Translations under genes and position numbers: made by a program
Shown here: positions 9,415 to 22,269 of the stretch, in pieces
How the letters are laid out: each line of letters starts with the position of its first letter
Position numbering within the stretch: the stretch's first letter is position 1
Assembly: GCA_963805945.1 (NCBI GenBank)
Contig: CAWDVP010000004.1
Span: 1 to 64,000 of the forward strand
Direction of reading: 5' to 3'
DNA: 64,000 nt
Source of the DNA: Vulcanimicrobiota bacterium
GTDB taxonomy: Bacteria > Vulcanimicrobiota > Vulcanimicrobiia > Eremiobacterales > Eremiobacteraceae
Notes under the pieces: generated by a model
The model's database searches: none
Seen by the model: only the letters and a program-made list of their open reading frames with translations
What the model was told of the DNA's origin: nothing

Positions 9415-10407
9415 ATGCGGTCCACCGGCGTGAAGCAAAGCGACGACACGCGAGGCCGCGAGCTCGCGCAGCGCGTGCTCGCGTCCGACTGGCGTGCGCT
9501 CGCGCGCGCGATCACGCTCATCGAGAACGACGACCCCGCGGCCGCGACGCTCGTCTCGGCCTTGTATTCGCGGACCGGCCGCGCTCACGTCATCGGCGTC
9601 ACCGGGCCTCCGGGCGCCGGCAAGAGCACGCTCGTCGACGCGCTCGCGGTCCTGATACGCAAAGAGGGCATGAGCGTCGGCATCGTCGCCGTGGATCCGT
9701 CGAGCCCGTTCACCGGCGGCGCGGTGCTCGGCGATCGCGTCCGCATGCAGCAGCACGCCGGCGATCCGGGCGTCTTCATCCGCAGCATGGCATCGCGCAA
9801 GAATCCCGGCGGGCTCGCGCCGGCAACGCGCGAGGTGGTGCGCGCGCTCGACGCCTTCGGACGCGACGTCGTCATCGTCGAGACGGTCGGCGTCGGCCAG
9901 GTGGAGCTCGAGATCGTCAAAGTGGCGGGCACTGTCATCGTCGTCACTGTGCCGGGGCTGGGCGACGGCGTGCAGACGATCAAAGCCGGCCTGCTCGAGA
10001 TCGCCGATATCTTCGTCGTCAATATGGCAGATCGCCCCGGCGCACATACGACGATGGCCGATCTCAAGACGATGCTCACCTTCGGCGGATCGGAAGAACG
10101 CCGCCGTCGTTGGAAACCGCCCGTGCTCGAGACGATCGCCACCACAGGGCAAGGCGTCGACGAGTTATGGCAGGCCTGCCAGCGTCATAAGATCGTGTTG
10201 GAAGGCGACGAGCGCATGGGCCGCGCGCGCGATCACCTGCGCGAAGAGGTCATCGAAGCGGTGCAGCGACAGATCGGCGCATACGTCGGCGAAGAGCTGT
10301 CGCGCAACGGCGCGATGGAGCCGGTGCTGGCGGCGGTCTTGGCGCGTGAGTTGGATCCGCGCGCGGCAGCGCGGCGCATCGTCGACCAACACCTGAAGAC
10401 GCGGTAA
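9415..10407 (+). CDS. meaB: MeaB/ArgK GTPase (B12-mutase chaperone)
   Basis: GPPGAGKST, DPSSPFTGGAVLGDRVRM, ETVGVGQ. Confidence 0.95.
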   Translation: MRSTGVKQSDDTRGRELAQRVLASDWRALARAITLIENDDPAAATLVSALYSRTGRAHVIGVTGPPGAGKSTLVDALAVLIRKEGMSVGIVAVDPSSPFTGGAVLGDRVRMQQHAGDPGVFIRSMASRKNPGGLAPATREVVRALDAFGRDVVIVETVGVGQVELEIVKVAGTVIVVTVPGLGDGVQTIKAGLLEIADIFVVNMADRPGAHTTMADLKTMLTFGGSEERRRRWKPPVLETIATTGQGVDELWQACQRHKIVLEGDERMGRARDHLREEVIEAVQRQIGAYVGEELSRNGAMEPVLAAVLARELDPRAAARRIVDQHLKTR

Positions 10408-10420
10408 GCCTAGCACATGA

Positions 10421-10447
10421 AGGGCCGACCTAGAGGTCGGCCCCTAC
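10421..10447 (-). repeat. REP family A
   Basis: Minus strand GTAG-GGGCCGACCT-CT-AGGTCGGCCC, between convergent genes. Confidence 0.9.
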
Positions 10448-10456
10448 ACATGATCC

Positions 10457-11830
10457 TTACTTGATCTCGACCACCTCGCCGGGTTTCGCCACCTGCGTCG
10501 GCATCGCGTACTGCGCCGCCACCGCCGCGGCCAATGAAGCCGCTGCGGCCGGATCGGCATGCACCAGATACACGTTCGGCTTGTTCGTGAAACCGCCGAA
10601 CCAGCGCAGCAGCTCGTTCTTATCGGCGTGGGCGGAGAAGCCGTCCACCCGCGCGATCGCCGCGCGCACCTGGATCGGCACGCCCATGATCTTGACGTTC
10701 TTGGCGCCGTTGACGAGCAGATTGCCCAACGTGCCGGGGCCTTGGAAGCCGGCGAAGCAGATCGTGTCGTTGGGGCGCGACAGCCGATTGCGCAGGTGAT
10801 GCAAGATGCGCCCGCCGCTGGCCATGCCGCTCGATGAGATGATGATCGCGTTGGAAGCGATGTCGTTGAGCGCGATCGACTCCTGCGAGGTCTGCGTCTC
10901 GGTGACCCGCGCGCAGCCCATGCTGCCGGCTTCATCGCCGAACTGCGAGAGGTCGATGCGCAGGGCTTCCGGATGGCGCAGCATGATCGCGCTCGCCTCG
11001 TTGCCCATCGGGCTGTCGACGTAGACGTCCATCATCGGGATCTTATTGTCGCGCTGCAGCTGGCCGATCGCGTAGAGCAGCTCTTGCGTCCGCCCGATCG
11101 CGAACGCGGGCATCACGAGCACGCCGTTGCGCGCTTGCGCCGCGTTGATGACCGCTCCGAGTTCGTCTTGCGGATCCGTCGTCGGGTGGAGCCGGTCGCC
11201 ATACGTGGACTCGCACAGCACCACTTCGGATTGCGCGACCGCCGTCGGATCGTGGAGCAGCGGCCTGCCGTACCGGCCGAGGTCGCCGCTGAACGTCAGC
11301 GTGCCCTCCTGGAACTTCAAGAGGATGATCGCCGAACCGAGGATGTGGCCCGCGTCGACGAAGCGGAACGTGCAGCCGTCGACGTCGCCCGCGTCCACGT
11401 TGTACGCTACCGGCTTGAACAGCTTGGCGACCGCTGTGACGTCATCGTCGTCGTACAGCGCTTTCGTGTGCAGGCCGCGCTCCGGGTGGCGCGCCGCGCG
11501 TTTGGCTTCATCTTCTTGCAGCCCAGCGGAATCGCGCAGCACCAGCGTCGCGACATCGACGGTCGCCGACGTGGTGTAGATCGGCCCTTTGAAGCCCTGC
11601 TGCACGAGCGCCGGCAGGTAGCCGCAGTGGTCGAGGTGGCCGTGCGAGAGCATGACCGCGTCGAGCGTCGTCGGATCGACCGGCGGCGGCGACCAGTTGC
11701 GCTGCGTGAGCTCGGGCAAGCCTTGATACAACCCGCAGTCGAGCAGGACGCGCGCGCCCGCATCGGTCTCGAGCAGGTGCTTGCTGCCGGTTACGACGCC
11801 CGCGGCGCCGATGAAGGTGAGGCGGGCCAT
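10457..11830 (-). CDS. MBL-fold beta-CASP ribonuclease (YSH1-like)
   Basis: GAAGVVTGS, SHGHLDH, AGHILGS, ESTYG, FSAHAD. Confidence 0.92.
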   Translation of the reverse strand: MARLTFIGAAGVVTGSKHLLETDAGARVLLDCGLYQGLPELTQRNWSPPPVDPTTLDAVMLSHGHLDHCGYLPALVQQGFKGPIYTTSATVDVATLVLRDSAGLQEDEAKRAARHPERGLHTKALYDDDDVTAVAKLFKPVAYNVDAGDVDGCTFRFVDAGHILGSAIILLKFQEGTLTFSGDLGRYGRPLLHDPTAVAQSEVVLCESTYGDRLHPTTDPQDELGAVINAAQARNGVLVMPAFAIGRTQELLYAIGQLQRDNKIPMMDVYVDSPMGNEASAIMLRHPEALRIDLSQFGDEAGSMGCARVTETQTSQESIALNDIASNAIIISSSGMASGGRILHHLRNRLSRPNDTICFAGFQGPGTLGNLLVNGAKNVKIMGVPIQVRAAIARVDGFSAHADKNELLRWFGGFTNKPNVYLVHADPAAAASLAAAVAAQYAMPTQVAKPGEVVEIK

Positions 11831-12543
11831 TCGGTCTGCTCCATATTCTCCGTCTGCTTCAGTTCGACGAAGGTCGACGGGCGGCGGTAGTGCGTGGTGC
11901 GGAACTCGTCGATGCACCGCGCCACGAGGCGTTCGGGATCGCGGTCGTAGATGATGCACGCGCCGGTCTTCTTGCCGAGCTGCGGCACGATCTCCGGCAG
12001 CGCGTCGGCGATGCCGCCCGAGTCGGCCATCACGCCGATCAGCTTGCCCTCGTCGAACGCGATGCAGAACTCGCCGAGCGTGCCCGAGCGTCCGCCGACG
12101 ATGATGATGATGTCGGACGAATGGATGTTGTGGACCTCGCGCCCCATCAGGCCGCTGCCGGTGAAGATGATGACGTCGAACGCGTCGACAGGAGACTCGT
12201 AGCGCTTCACATGCTCGCTGCGTGACAGCGCGGGCGAGATCCCGACGGACAGACCGCCCGCCGATTGCGCGCCGCGGGCCGCTTCGTACGGCAGACCAGG
12301 GCAGGCCCCGGTGATGAGCGCGCAGCCGCTGCGCGCGATCGCAGTGCCGAGGTCGAACGCGCGACGCCGCACCTCCGGCGCGATCTCGCCGCCGGATGAC
12401 CCCATCACGCCGACCGTGCGGACGGTGGGATCATTATCCGGGTCGTACGATGGATCGAGGTCCTTCTCGGTGTCGCCGGAATACGGCCGCGGCTTTTCTT
12501 GCCGCGCCGGGTTGTCGCCCGTGGAAAAGGCTCCGTCGCTCAT
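11791..12543 (-). CDS. LOG/SLOG-family Rossmann nucleotide-binding protein
   Basis: TGACPGLP, GGRSGTLGE. Confidence 0.8.
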   Translation of the reverse strand: MSDGAFSTGDNPARQEKPRPYSGDTEKDLDPSYDPDNDPTVRTVGVMGSSGGEIAPEVRRRAFDLGTAIARSGCALITGACPGLPYEAARGAQSAGGLSVGISPALSRSEHVKRYESPVDAFDVIIFTGSGLMGREVHNIHSSDIIIIVGGRSGTLGEFCIAFDEGKLIGVMADSGGIADALPEIVPQLGKKTGACIIYDRDPERLVARCIDEFRTTHYRRPSTFVELKQTENMEQTEWPASPSSAPRAS

Positions 12544-12650
12544 GTCGGCGGTCGCCTTTCGTGTCGGCTCGACGCGCCGCCTGCGGCGTACGTCGTCGCG
12601 CGGGCGACGATGAACCAGGCTTCCTGCGGGTAGCGGCCGTATAGAGAGAT

Positions 12651-14489
<1,839 letters not shown>

Positions 14490-14492
14490 AAG

Positions 14493-14522
14493 CGGAGCGG
14501 TCGAGTGAATTCGACCGCTCCG
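14493..14522. repeat. REP family B, 12-bp hairpin between convergent genes
   Basis: CGGAGCGGTCGA-GTGAAT-TCGACCGCTCCG. Confidence 0.8.
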
Positions 14523-14534
14523 TGTCTTGCGCCG

Positions 14535-16892
14535 CTACTGGCGCGCCATCGCGATCCGAAGGCGATCCTCGGCGCTGATGTAGCGGTCCGCGTCGGATTT
14601 GCCTGCGTCGAGTTGCACGCCTAACACCGTGCCGTTGAACTCGCTGTCATGGACGCTGTACTCGCTGCTGACAGCGCGTGCCCGTGTCTCTGCCGACGTC
14701 GCAAGTCTCGTCGGCGGAGAACATCATCGGGACCGTCATCTCGACCCGGCCCTCGCCGACCTTCTTCCGTCAACGTAGAGCGTGACGGTGCCTCCTTTGC
14801 CGAGGCCACCGCCGTCGTATGCAAACTCCATGCGCACTTGATGGTTGCCGGCGGGGATCGGCTTGTCGCCGCGCACGATGAACGACTTGACCCGAAAAGT
14901 TGTAGCAGTAGGTCGGCTTGCCGTCCTTTGCGTAGAGCGTCCATCCGCCGAAATTGCCGCCCTGCGCGACGATCACGCCTTCGCGCGCCGCCTCGGGAAC
15001 GATCGACCTGCGCGGTGATCGAATGCGACTTGTTCTTGAGGTTGAGATGACCGAGTTCTCGGACAGCCGGCCCATGCCGCCGAACAGCAACTGCGTATTG
15101 CCCTTGATGAGCGTCGGGCGACCGGCGATGTCGGAGTTGAAGCGCTCGACCCGCCGGTCGTCGAGCGGCAGCACGTTGTACTTCGTCGCTTCGATGAGGA
15201 AAGGCGCTGGAGGTCGCGCAGCTTCTCGGGATTCTCCTTTGCGAGTTCTGCGACTGGGTCCAGTCGTCGGGCGCGTAGAGCTCCCAGACGTCGTCGTCGT
15301 ACGGCGGCAGCGGCGCCACCACCCACGGCGTGCTGTGTCGCGTGACCGCCGTCCAGCCCTTATGATAGATGCCGCGATTGACGAACATCTCGAAGTACTG
15401 CGTCTCGTGGCGATCGGGCGCCTTAGCGTCGTCGAACGAGTACGCCATCGAAAAACCATGCAGCGGCTTCTGCTGGCTGCTGTTCACGATCGTAGGATGC
15501 GGCAACCATGCGGCCTCGAGGATCGTCGGCGCAACGTCGATCACGTGGTGGAACTGCGAGCGGGTCTCGCCTTTCGCGTTGATGCCCTTCGGCCAGTGGA
15601 CGATCGTCCCGTTGCGCGTGCCGCCCCAATGCGAGGCGACCTGCTTCGTCCATTGATACGGCGTGTCCATCGCGTGCGCCCAGCCCACCGCGTAGTGGTT
15701 GTAGGCCTTAGGCCCGCCGAAATCGTCGATACGCTCCATCAGGAACTCCGGCGTTTCGACGCCGGTGACGCCGTTGAGCATGAACAGCTTCGTTGAAGGT
15801 GCCGTTGGGCGTGCCTTCCGCCGACGCGCCGTTGTCGCCGATGATGTAGTAGATCAGCGTGTCGTCGAGGAGCTGAAGCTCTTCGAGCGCAGTCGATCAG
15901 CCGACCGATGTGATGGTCGGCGTGTTCGAGGAAGCCCGCGTACACTTCCATCTCGCGGGCGAGCACGGGCTTGAGCTCGGCGTCCATCGCGTCCCACGAC
16001 GGGATCTCCGCGGGCCGCTTGGTCAACTCGGCGTCCTTGGGGATGATGCCGAGTTCCTTCTGGCGGGCGAAGGTCTGTTCGCGCAGTGTATCCCAGCCCT
16101 GGTCGAACTTGCCTTTGTACTTGTCCGCCCACTCCTTGGGCACGTGGTGCGGGGCGTGCGTCGCGCCGGGCGCGAAATAGACGAAGAAGGGCTTGTCGGG
16201 CATGAGCACCCTTTGCTGGCCGACCCAGTCGATGGCGCGATCCGTCATGTCCACAGTGAAGTGGTAGTTCGGATCGTCCGGCGGTTCGATCGGCACCGTA
16301 TCCTTATAAACGGCAGGCGACCACTGGTTGGTCTCGCCGCCGATGAATCCGTAGAAGTGTTCGAAACCGCTGCCGGTCGGCCACTGCGTTGAACGGCCCC
16401 ATCGGGCTCGTCTCCCAGACCGGCACTTCGTGGCACTTGCCGAACTGCGCGGTCGAGTAGCCGTTGAGCTTGAGCGTTTCAGGGAGCGGCGCAGTCGACT
16501 TCGGCCGCACCGAACTGTAGCCCGGTGCCGATGTCGCGATCTCGGTGATGCCGCCCATGCCGACCGCATGGTGATTGCGTCCGGTGAGCAGCGCTGCCCG
16601 CGACGGCGAGCAGAGCGCAGTCGTATGGAAGCGGTTGTACTTCAGACCGCTTTTTGCCGAACCGTTCGGCGGTCGGCGTGTTGATGACGCCGCCGAACGC
16701 GCTGGACGCGCCGAAACCGGCGTCGTCGATGAGGATGATCGAGGACGTTGGGCGCACCTTTGGGGGGACGCAACTGCTCGATCGGCGGGAAACTTGCGTG
16801 TCAGGGTCCTTCGCGTCGTACGTCGTGACGCCGACATACTGCGGATCCGGAATCGGAAGAATTGCGCGTTGGAGCGGGTCGGCGTCAGCCAT
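14535..16892 (-). CDS. Arylsulfatase (Cys-type), heavily frameshifted
   Basis: [16 protein letters not shown] (CxPxR motif), [19 protein letters not shown] spread over several frames; GGAGGTGA Shine-Dalgarno. Confidence 0.9.
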
Positions 16893-17076
16893 GAAAGTCA
16901 CCTCCTAGAATTGCACGCGATAAAGAGGCTAGGGCGCTTGGAGAGGACGTAACGAAAACCCTATCAAGTCGAGCAGGCCACCAGACATTGACCTGGGGCG
17001 GCTGCCATAATGGTCGAAGCGCCGCCCATCCGATGCAGAGGCATCGACGAATCGCGAGGCGTACTCATCATGCCTC

Positions 17077-17136
17077 GGCGGTGGAGTCCGCCCAGCGCGT
17101 GTGCTGAACCGCCGCAAGCCGGCCAATGACTCCTGA
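17077..17136 (+). ncRNA. Fluoride (crcB-motif) riboswitch, variant
   Basis: GGCGGTGGAGTCCGCC...AACCGCC...GGCCAATGACTCCTG matches the GGCGATGGAGTTCGCC...AACCGC...GCTRATGACTCCT pattern; lies upstream of an antiporter. Confidence 0.85.
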
Positions 17137-17189
17137 ACGACGCGCAAACGCGCCTTCAGGAGGGAGATCCATGCGATCTTCGATTGGTC

Positions 17190-18353
17190 ATGCTCGATAA
17201 CGTCTGGCTGCTCGCCGCGTTGTGGATGGCACTCGCAGCGCTCGGCGCCGTCCTCTCGATCAAACTCAAGATCCCGGCGGCGCTCGCCGAGATCGCGCTC
17301 GGCATCCTCGCCGGCAACCTCATCGCGCTGCACTCGAACGCCTGGATCGATTTCGTGGCGGGCTTCGGCGCGATCCTCCTCACCTTTCTCGCCGGCGCGG
17401 AGATCGATCCTGCGATGCTGCGCAAACAGCTGCGTCCAGCCGCCGCGATCGGGCTGCTCTCGTTCGCGGCGCCGTTCCTCGGCGCGATGCTCTATGCGCG
17501 CTTCGTCGCGCACTGGGATCCAAACGCGGCCAAGATCGCCGGCATCGCGATGTCCACGACGTCGGTCGCGGTCGTCTATGCCGTGATGGTCGAATCGGGC
17601 TACGCGAAACAGGATTTCGGCCAGTTGATCCTCGCCGCATGCTTCATCACCGATCTCGGCACGGTGGTCGCGCTGGGCCTGCTCTTCGCCAACTACAACG
17701 CCTGGCTGGCGTTGTTCATCGGCCTTATGGTCGCGGCGCTTGCGCTCGTGCCGCGCGCCTTGCCAGCGGTCTTCCTGCGGATGGGCGACCGTGTCAGCGA
17801 GCCTGGCATCCGGTTGTTGTTCGCGGTGCTCTTCGTGCTCGCGGGCGTCGCCACGATCGCCAAGAGCGAGGGCGTGCTGCCCGCGTACTTCCTCGGGCTC
17901 ACGTGCGCGGGCTTCCTGCTGTCGCATCTCGATATCGCCCGCAAACTGCGCACGACCGCGATGAGCTTCCTCACGCCGTTCTATTTCATCAAAGCGGGCA
18001 CGCTCGTGTCGCTCACGCAGGCGATCGGCAGCCTGGGACTTATCGCCGCGCTCTTCATCGTCAAGGTCGGACTCAAGATCGCAGGCGTCTGGCCGGCAGC
18101 ACGCGCCTTCGGCTACTCGACGCGTGACGCGGGTTATGTGACGCTCATGATGGCGACCGGGCTCACCTTCGGCACGATCTCCAGCCTGTACGGGCTGCTG
18201 CACGGCTATATCGACCAGCGACAGTACACCGCGCTCGTCACCACTGTTATCCTCACGGCGATCGTGCCCACCTTCATCGCCGAGGCGCTCTTCCCGCGCG
18301 TAGAGCAGTTCAGCGAAGCGGAGTCGGGCGGTCTTGAAGAGGTCGAGGTCTAG
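17190..18353 (+). CDS. Cation:proton antiporter (CPA2 family)
   Basis: About 12 TM helices, FLAGAEID, STTSVAVV, FITD. Confidence 0.9.
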   Translation: MLDNVWLLAALWMALAALGAVLSIKLKIPAALAEIALGILAGNLIALHSNAWIDFVAGFGAILLTFLAGAEIDPAMLRKQLRPAAAIGLLSFAAPFLGAMLYARFVAHWDPNAAKIAGIAMSTTSVAVVYAVMVESGYAKQDFGQLILAACFITDLGTVVALGLLFANYNAWLALFIGLMVAALALVPRALPAVFLRMGDRVSEPGIRLLFAVLFVLAGVATIAKSEGVLPAYFLGLTCAGFLLSHLDIARKLRTTAMSFLTPFYFIKAGTLVSLTQAIGSLGLIAALFIVKVGLKIAGVWPAARAFGYSTRDAGYVTLMMATGLTFGTISSLYGLLHGYIDQRQYTALVTTVILTAIVPTFIAEALFPRVEQFSEAESGGLEEVEV

Positions 18354-18366
18354 GCGGCGCTCGCGC

Positions 18367-19157
18367 TTACCCGCGGCGCGCGAGGAGAATCATCGCCTGC
18401 GAGTCGTCGGTCATCGCGGAACGATCTAAGCCGCCGTAACGTTCGATCACGCGCAGTCCCGCGCGGGCGAGCAGATGCTCGAGCTCGTAACGGAAGAAAT
18501 AGCGCATCGGGAACGACTCGCGGAAATGCTCGGTATTGCCGGCCGTGTCTTTCATATGATATTCGAACTCGACTTGGATCTGCTGGTTCCACAGGTCTAC
18601 CGCGGTGCGACGATTGGTGCGCCGCACGGTTCTTCCGTCGGACAACGGGGACCCGGGGCAGTCTTCGACCGCCTCTTCTTCAGGGCCGGCGACGAGGAGC
18701 CGCGTGCTCGGCCGGAAGCCGTCGAGTGCGAATGTGCCATCCTTCGTGAGATGGTCGCGCGCACATGACAGGCACGCGAGTTGTTGCTCCACCGAGATCA
18801 AGATGCTGGAAGGCTCGGAACGGCATCGTGATGAGCGCGAACCTACCGGCGAGCGAGAACGACGTCATGTCGCCGTGGACGAGCGACACGCGGGCGCGCA
18901 CGTCCGGCGGCTCCGCCGCGAGCTTGCGCCGACAGACGTCGAGCATCAGTTCGGAGAGGTCGAGTCCGGTGATGGTCGCGCCGACGCGCGCCGAGGGGAT
19001 GAGCACGCGGCCGGTGCCGCAGCCGAGCTCGAGCGGGACCGCCCGCGACGCGTGCGAGCTCGACATAGAACGCGACGTCGTCTGTGCGCAAGCGGCCGTA
19101 GACGACGTCGTATGAGTCAACGATGGCTGGGGCGTATCGATAGAGCGATTCCGAGAT
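18367..19157 (-). CDS. Class I SAM-dependent methyltransferase (frameshifted)
   Basis: LELGCGTGRV, GLDLSELML, GDM; start uncertain (ATC after GGGGGAG). Confidence 0.85.
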
Positions 19158-19160
19158 GCG

Positions 19161-19562
19161 CTACTCCCCCTGGTAGATGACCTCGATGCGCAGACCGCTG
19201 GGGTCGCGCGCCCACATCGCGTAGTAGTCCTCGCCGTATTCCGTCACGACGCTCGGCGGATCATCGATGTCGACGCCGAGCTCGTCGAGCAGCGCCGCGC
19301 ATTCGTCGACTTTGGCGCGCGAATCGGCGTTCAAAGCGAGGTGGTCGAAGCCGACGTGACGCTCGCCGTCATAGAGGTCTTCGCACGTCTTCTTGGCCTT
19401 GTAGATGACGATCTCGAAGCCTTCGCGCTGATAGCCGAAGTGATCGTCCTTCTCGAAGACGAGGTCGAAGCCGAGCGCGGGCAGCAGGACGCTGTAGAAC
19501 TTCTTCGCCACCTTGAGAGCGTCTGTGCCGATCGCGAGGTGGTGGATCGGATGAACTGGCAT
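19161..19562 (-). CDS. VOC/glyoxalase family protein
   Basis: IHHLAI, FDHLALNA, RDPSGLRIE. Confidence 0.88.
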   Translation of the reverse strand: MPVHPIHHLAIGTDALKVAKKFYSVLLPALGFDLVFEKDDHFGYQREGFEIVIYKAKKTCEDLYDGERHVGFDHLALNADSRAKVDECAALLDELGVDIDDPPSVVTEYGEDYYAMWARDPSGLRIEVIYQGE

Positions 19563-19707
19563 GCCGTGTTTTGAGGTCCCCGTTCTATGGGCGCAAAGGA
19601 TAATCGCGACTTAAGGAAGCGAAAAGGACGCCTAGGGCCTTGTTACGACACGGCAAACGGGCAATCCCTGGCAGGTCGGCGATATCCGGCGCGAAAGTTT
19701 GCGCGAT

Positions 19708-20211
19708 ATGTCCACCGCCGCCTGGTTCCATGCGCTATGGGCCGATCAAACGCTCGCGCACGCGGCTACGTTCTTCGCCGACTATGGGATCTATATCTCG
19801 GCGTTTGCGCTCGTCGCCACCGCATGGCTCCACCGCGGCGAGCGCGGGCTACTGCTGCCGTTCGTGCTGGGCGCGATCGCGGCGGGGGCGCTCGATATCG
19901 TGATGGGGCGGCTGTTCTTCGAATTGCGGCCCTTCGTCGTGATGCATGTGACGCCGCTCATCAGCCACAATCCGGCGGATAACAGCTTTCCGTCGGACCA
20001 CGCCGCCGCGACGGCGTACGTCGCCGCGTTCCTGTGCTTCGTGGACAGGCGCTGGGCCGTGGTGGCCGTATTAGCGGCGCTCTTGGTCGGGGTGGCCCGC
20101 GTCTTCGTCCTGGTGCACTGGCCGCACGACGTGCTGGTGGGCTGGGCGCTCGGCGCAGCGGTGGGCGTGGCAGCGGGCTGGTACGCGGCGAAACGACGCA
20201 ACGCGATGTAG
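19708..20211 (+). CDS. PAP2 phosphatase (BcrC-like undecaprenyl-diphosphatase)
   Basis: RPF, SFPSDH, RVFVLVHWPHDV. Confidence 0.88.
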   Translation: MSTAAWFHALWADQTLAHAATFFADYGIYISAFALVATAWLHRGERGLLLPFVLGAIAAGALDIVMGRLFFELRPFVVMHVTPLISHNPADNSFPSDHAAATAYVAAFLCFVDRRWAVVAVLAALLVGVARVFVLVHWPHDVLVGWALGAAVGVAAGWYAAKRRNAM

Positions 20212-20271
20212 GGGTCGATCTTTAGATCGACCCTCGCACGACGAAGGGCCGACCTAAAGGTCGGCCCCTAC
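20208..20271. repeat. Inverted REP-A doublet (REPIN-like)
   Basis: GTAGGGGTCGATCTTTAGATCGACCC, short spacer, then GGGCCGACCTAAAGGTCGGCCCCTAC. Confidence 0.9.
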
Positions 20272-20293
20272 ATGAGTCGTCGAAGCCCCTACG

Positions 20294-20695
20294 TTATTCG
20301 TCGAAGTACTTCAGCGCGAGCGCCGACTTCAACACCTTGAGCCCCAGCAGCGCGCACTTCATGCGCGCGGGCGAGATGTTGATGCCCATGTTGGCGAGCA
20401 CCTCGTCCTTGCCGATCTTGTCGATCTCGACAAGCGACTTGCCCTTGATCTCCTCGGTGAGCAGCGACGCGGAGGCCTGAGAGATCGCGCAGCCCCGCCC
20501 CTTGAAGCGCACGTCGGTCACCACGCCGTCGCGGATCGCCAGATCCACCCGGATCTTGTCGCCGCACAGCGGGTTGATGTCCTCGAACGAGGCGTCGGGG
20601 TGATCCAAGATGCCCGCATTGCGCGGGTTGCGATAGTGGTCGAGGATGAAGTCGCGATACAGCTCGTCCATGCCGGTGAAGGTGTCGTCGGTCAT
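20294..20695 (-). CDS. sufU: SUF sulfur-transfer/scaffold protein SufU
   Basis: ILDHYRNPRN, NPLCGD, GCAISQASAS, RMKCALL. Confidence 0.93.
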   Translation of the reverse strand: MTDDTFTGMDELYRDFILDHYRNPRNAGILDHPDASFEDINPLCGDKIRVDLAIRDGVVTDVRFKGRGCAISQASASLLTEEIKGKSLVEIDKIGKDEVLANMGINISPARMKCALLGLKVLKSALALKYFDE

Positions 20696-21951
20696 GCGAT
20701 CTTAAAGATCTTCTTCGCCGTCTCGATGGCGTGCAGCAGCGCGTCCACCTCTGCGATCGTGTTGTAGAGATAGAACGAGGCGCGGGCGGTCGCCGGCACG
20801 CCAAGCCTTTCCATAAGCGGCTGGTTGCAGTGGTGGCCTGCGCGCACGCACACCCCTTCGCTGTCGAGGATGCTCGCGAGATCGTGGGCATGGATGTCGC
20901 CGACGGTCATCGAGACGACGCCGCAGCGATGCTCGAGGTCAGGGCCGTAGAGCGTGACGTTGGGGATCTCTTTGAGCTGGCGCATCGCGTAGTCGGTGAG
21001 GTACAGCTCGTAGCTATGGATGCGCTCCATGCCGACCGCCTCGAGATAACGCACCGCAGCGCCCAGTCCGACCGCTTCGGCGATGGCCGGCGTGCCGGCC
21101 TCGAAGCGCGCGGGCACGTCGGCGTAGGTCGAGCGCTCGAGGCCCACGACGCCGATCATGCCGCCGCCGGTGAGGAAGGGCGGCATCGTGTCGAGCAGCT
21201 CTTTGCGGCCCCAAAGGATCCCGATGCCGGTCGGGCCGAGCATCTTATGGGCCGAGAACGCGATGAAGTCGGCGCCCCAGACCTTGACGTCCACCGGCAT
21301 GCGCGGCACGGCCTGACATGCATCGACCACGCTCACCGCTCCCGCCGCGCGCGCGCGCGCCGCGAGATGCTGCACCGGGTTGACGGTCCCCAGCGTGTTG
21401 CTCACCGCGGTGAACGCGAACAGTTTGGCGCCATCGAGCAGGGTGTCGAGATCGCGCAAATCGAGCCGGCCGTCGTCGGTGACGCGCACGAAGCGCAGCG
21501 TCGCGCCGGTCTGCTGCGCCAGCACCTGCCACGGCACGAGATTCGAATGATGCTCCATCTCGGTGAGCAGGATCGCGTCGCCGCGCTTGAGGTTGCTGCG
21601 GCCCCACGAATACGCGACGAGGTTAAGCCCCTCGGTGGCGTTGCGGACGTACAGGCATTCTGCGGCGCAGGGCGTGCCGATGAAGCGCCCGACCGCCGCG
21701 CGCGCCTCCTCGTATGCCTCGGTGGCGAGCTCGCTGATATGGTAGACGCCGCGATGGATGTTGGCGTGGTAGCGGCGATAGTAGTCGTCCATCGCCTCGA
21801 TGACCTGGATCGGCTTCTGCGACGACGCGGCGCTGTCGAGGAAGACAAGCGGCTTGCCGTGCGGCCGTTCCTTCAAGATGGGGAAATCCGCGCGGATGCG
21901 CGTGACATCGGCGTCCGTGAGACCGTGGTCCACCCGTGCGACGGCGCTCAT
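20692..21951 (-). CDS. sufS: Cysteine desulfurase SufS
   Basis: LDSAASSQKP, SAHKMLGPTG, RAGHHC. Confidence 0.96.
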   Translation of the reverse strand: MSAVARVDHGLTDADVTRIRADFPILKERPHGKPLVFLDSAASSQKPIQVIEAMDDYYRRYHANIHRGVYHISELATEAYEEARAAVGRFIGTPCAAECLYVRNATEGLNLVAYSWGRSNLKRGDAILLTEMEHHSNLVPWQVLAQQTGATLRFVRVTDDGRLDLRDLDTLLDGAKLFAFTAVSNTLGTVNPVQHLAARARAAGAVSVVDACQAVPRMPVDVKVWGADFIAFSAHKMLGPTGIGILWGRKELLDTMPPFLTGGGMIGVVGLERSTYADVPARFEAGTPAIAEAVGLGAAVRYLEAVGMERIHSYELYLTDYAMRQLKEIPNVTLYGPDLEHRCGVVSMTVGDIHAHDLASILDSEGVCVRAGHHCNQPLMERLGVPATARASFYLYNTIAEVDALLHAIETAKKIFKIA

Positions 21952-22262
21952 GCGTCCACTTCCACGGAGATCGACGGTCCGTTCATCACCACGGGATATA
22001 CCTTGACCGGACGGACGGCGGGCAGGCGCGTCGGCCGGCCCGTCAGGATGTCGAAGCGCGCGCCGTGGCGCGGGCATTCGACTTCGCCGCCGATCAGCTC
22101 GCCTTGGTCGAGCGGGCCGCGGTCGTGCGTGCATTCGTCTGCGATGGCGTGGATGGTTCCGTCGTAGTTGCACAGCGCGATGCGCAGCGTACCGACCTCG
22201 ACGACTTTGATCTTCCCCACCGGCACCTCGTCCAGCGTGGCGACCTCGACGAGCGTGGCCAC
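21948..22262 (-). CDS. Rieske-type ferredoxin
   Basis: CTH...CPRHGARFD. Confidence 0.93.
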   Translation of the reverse strand: MATLVEVATLDEVPVGKIKVVEVGTLRIALCNYDGTIHAIADECTHDRGPLDQGELIGGEVECPRHGARFDILTGRPTRLPAVRPVKVYPVVMNGPSISVEVDA

Positions 22263-22269
22263 GGCGTGC

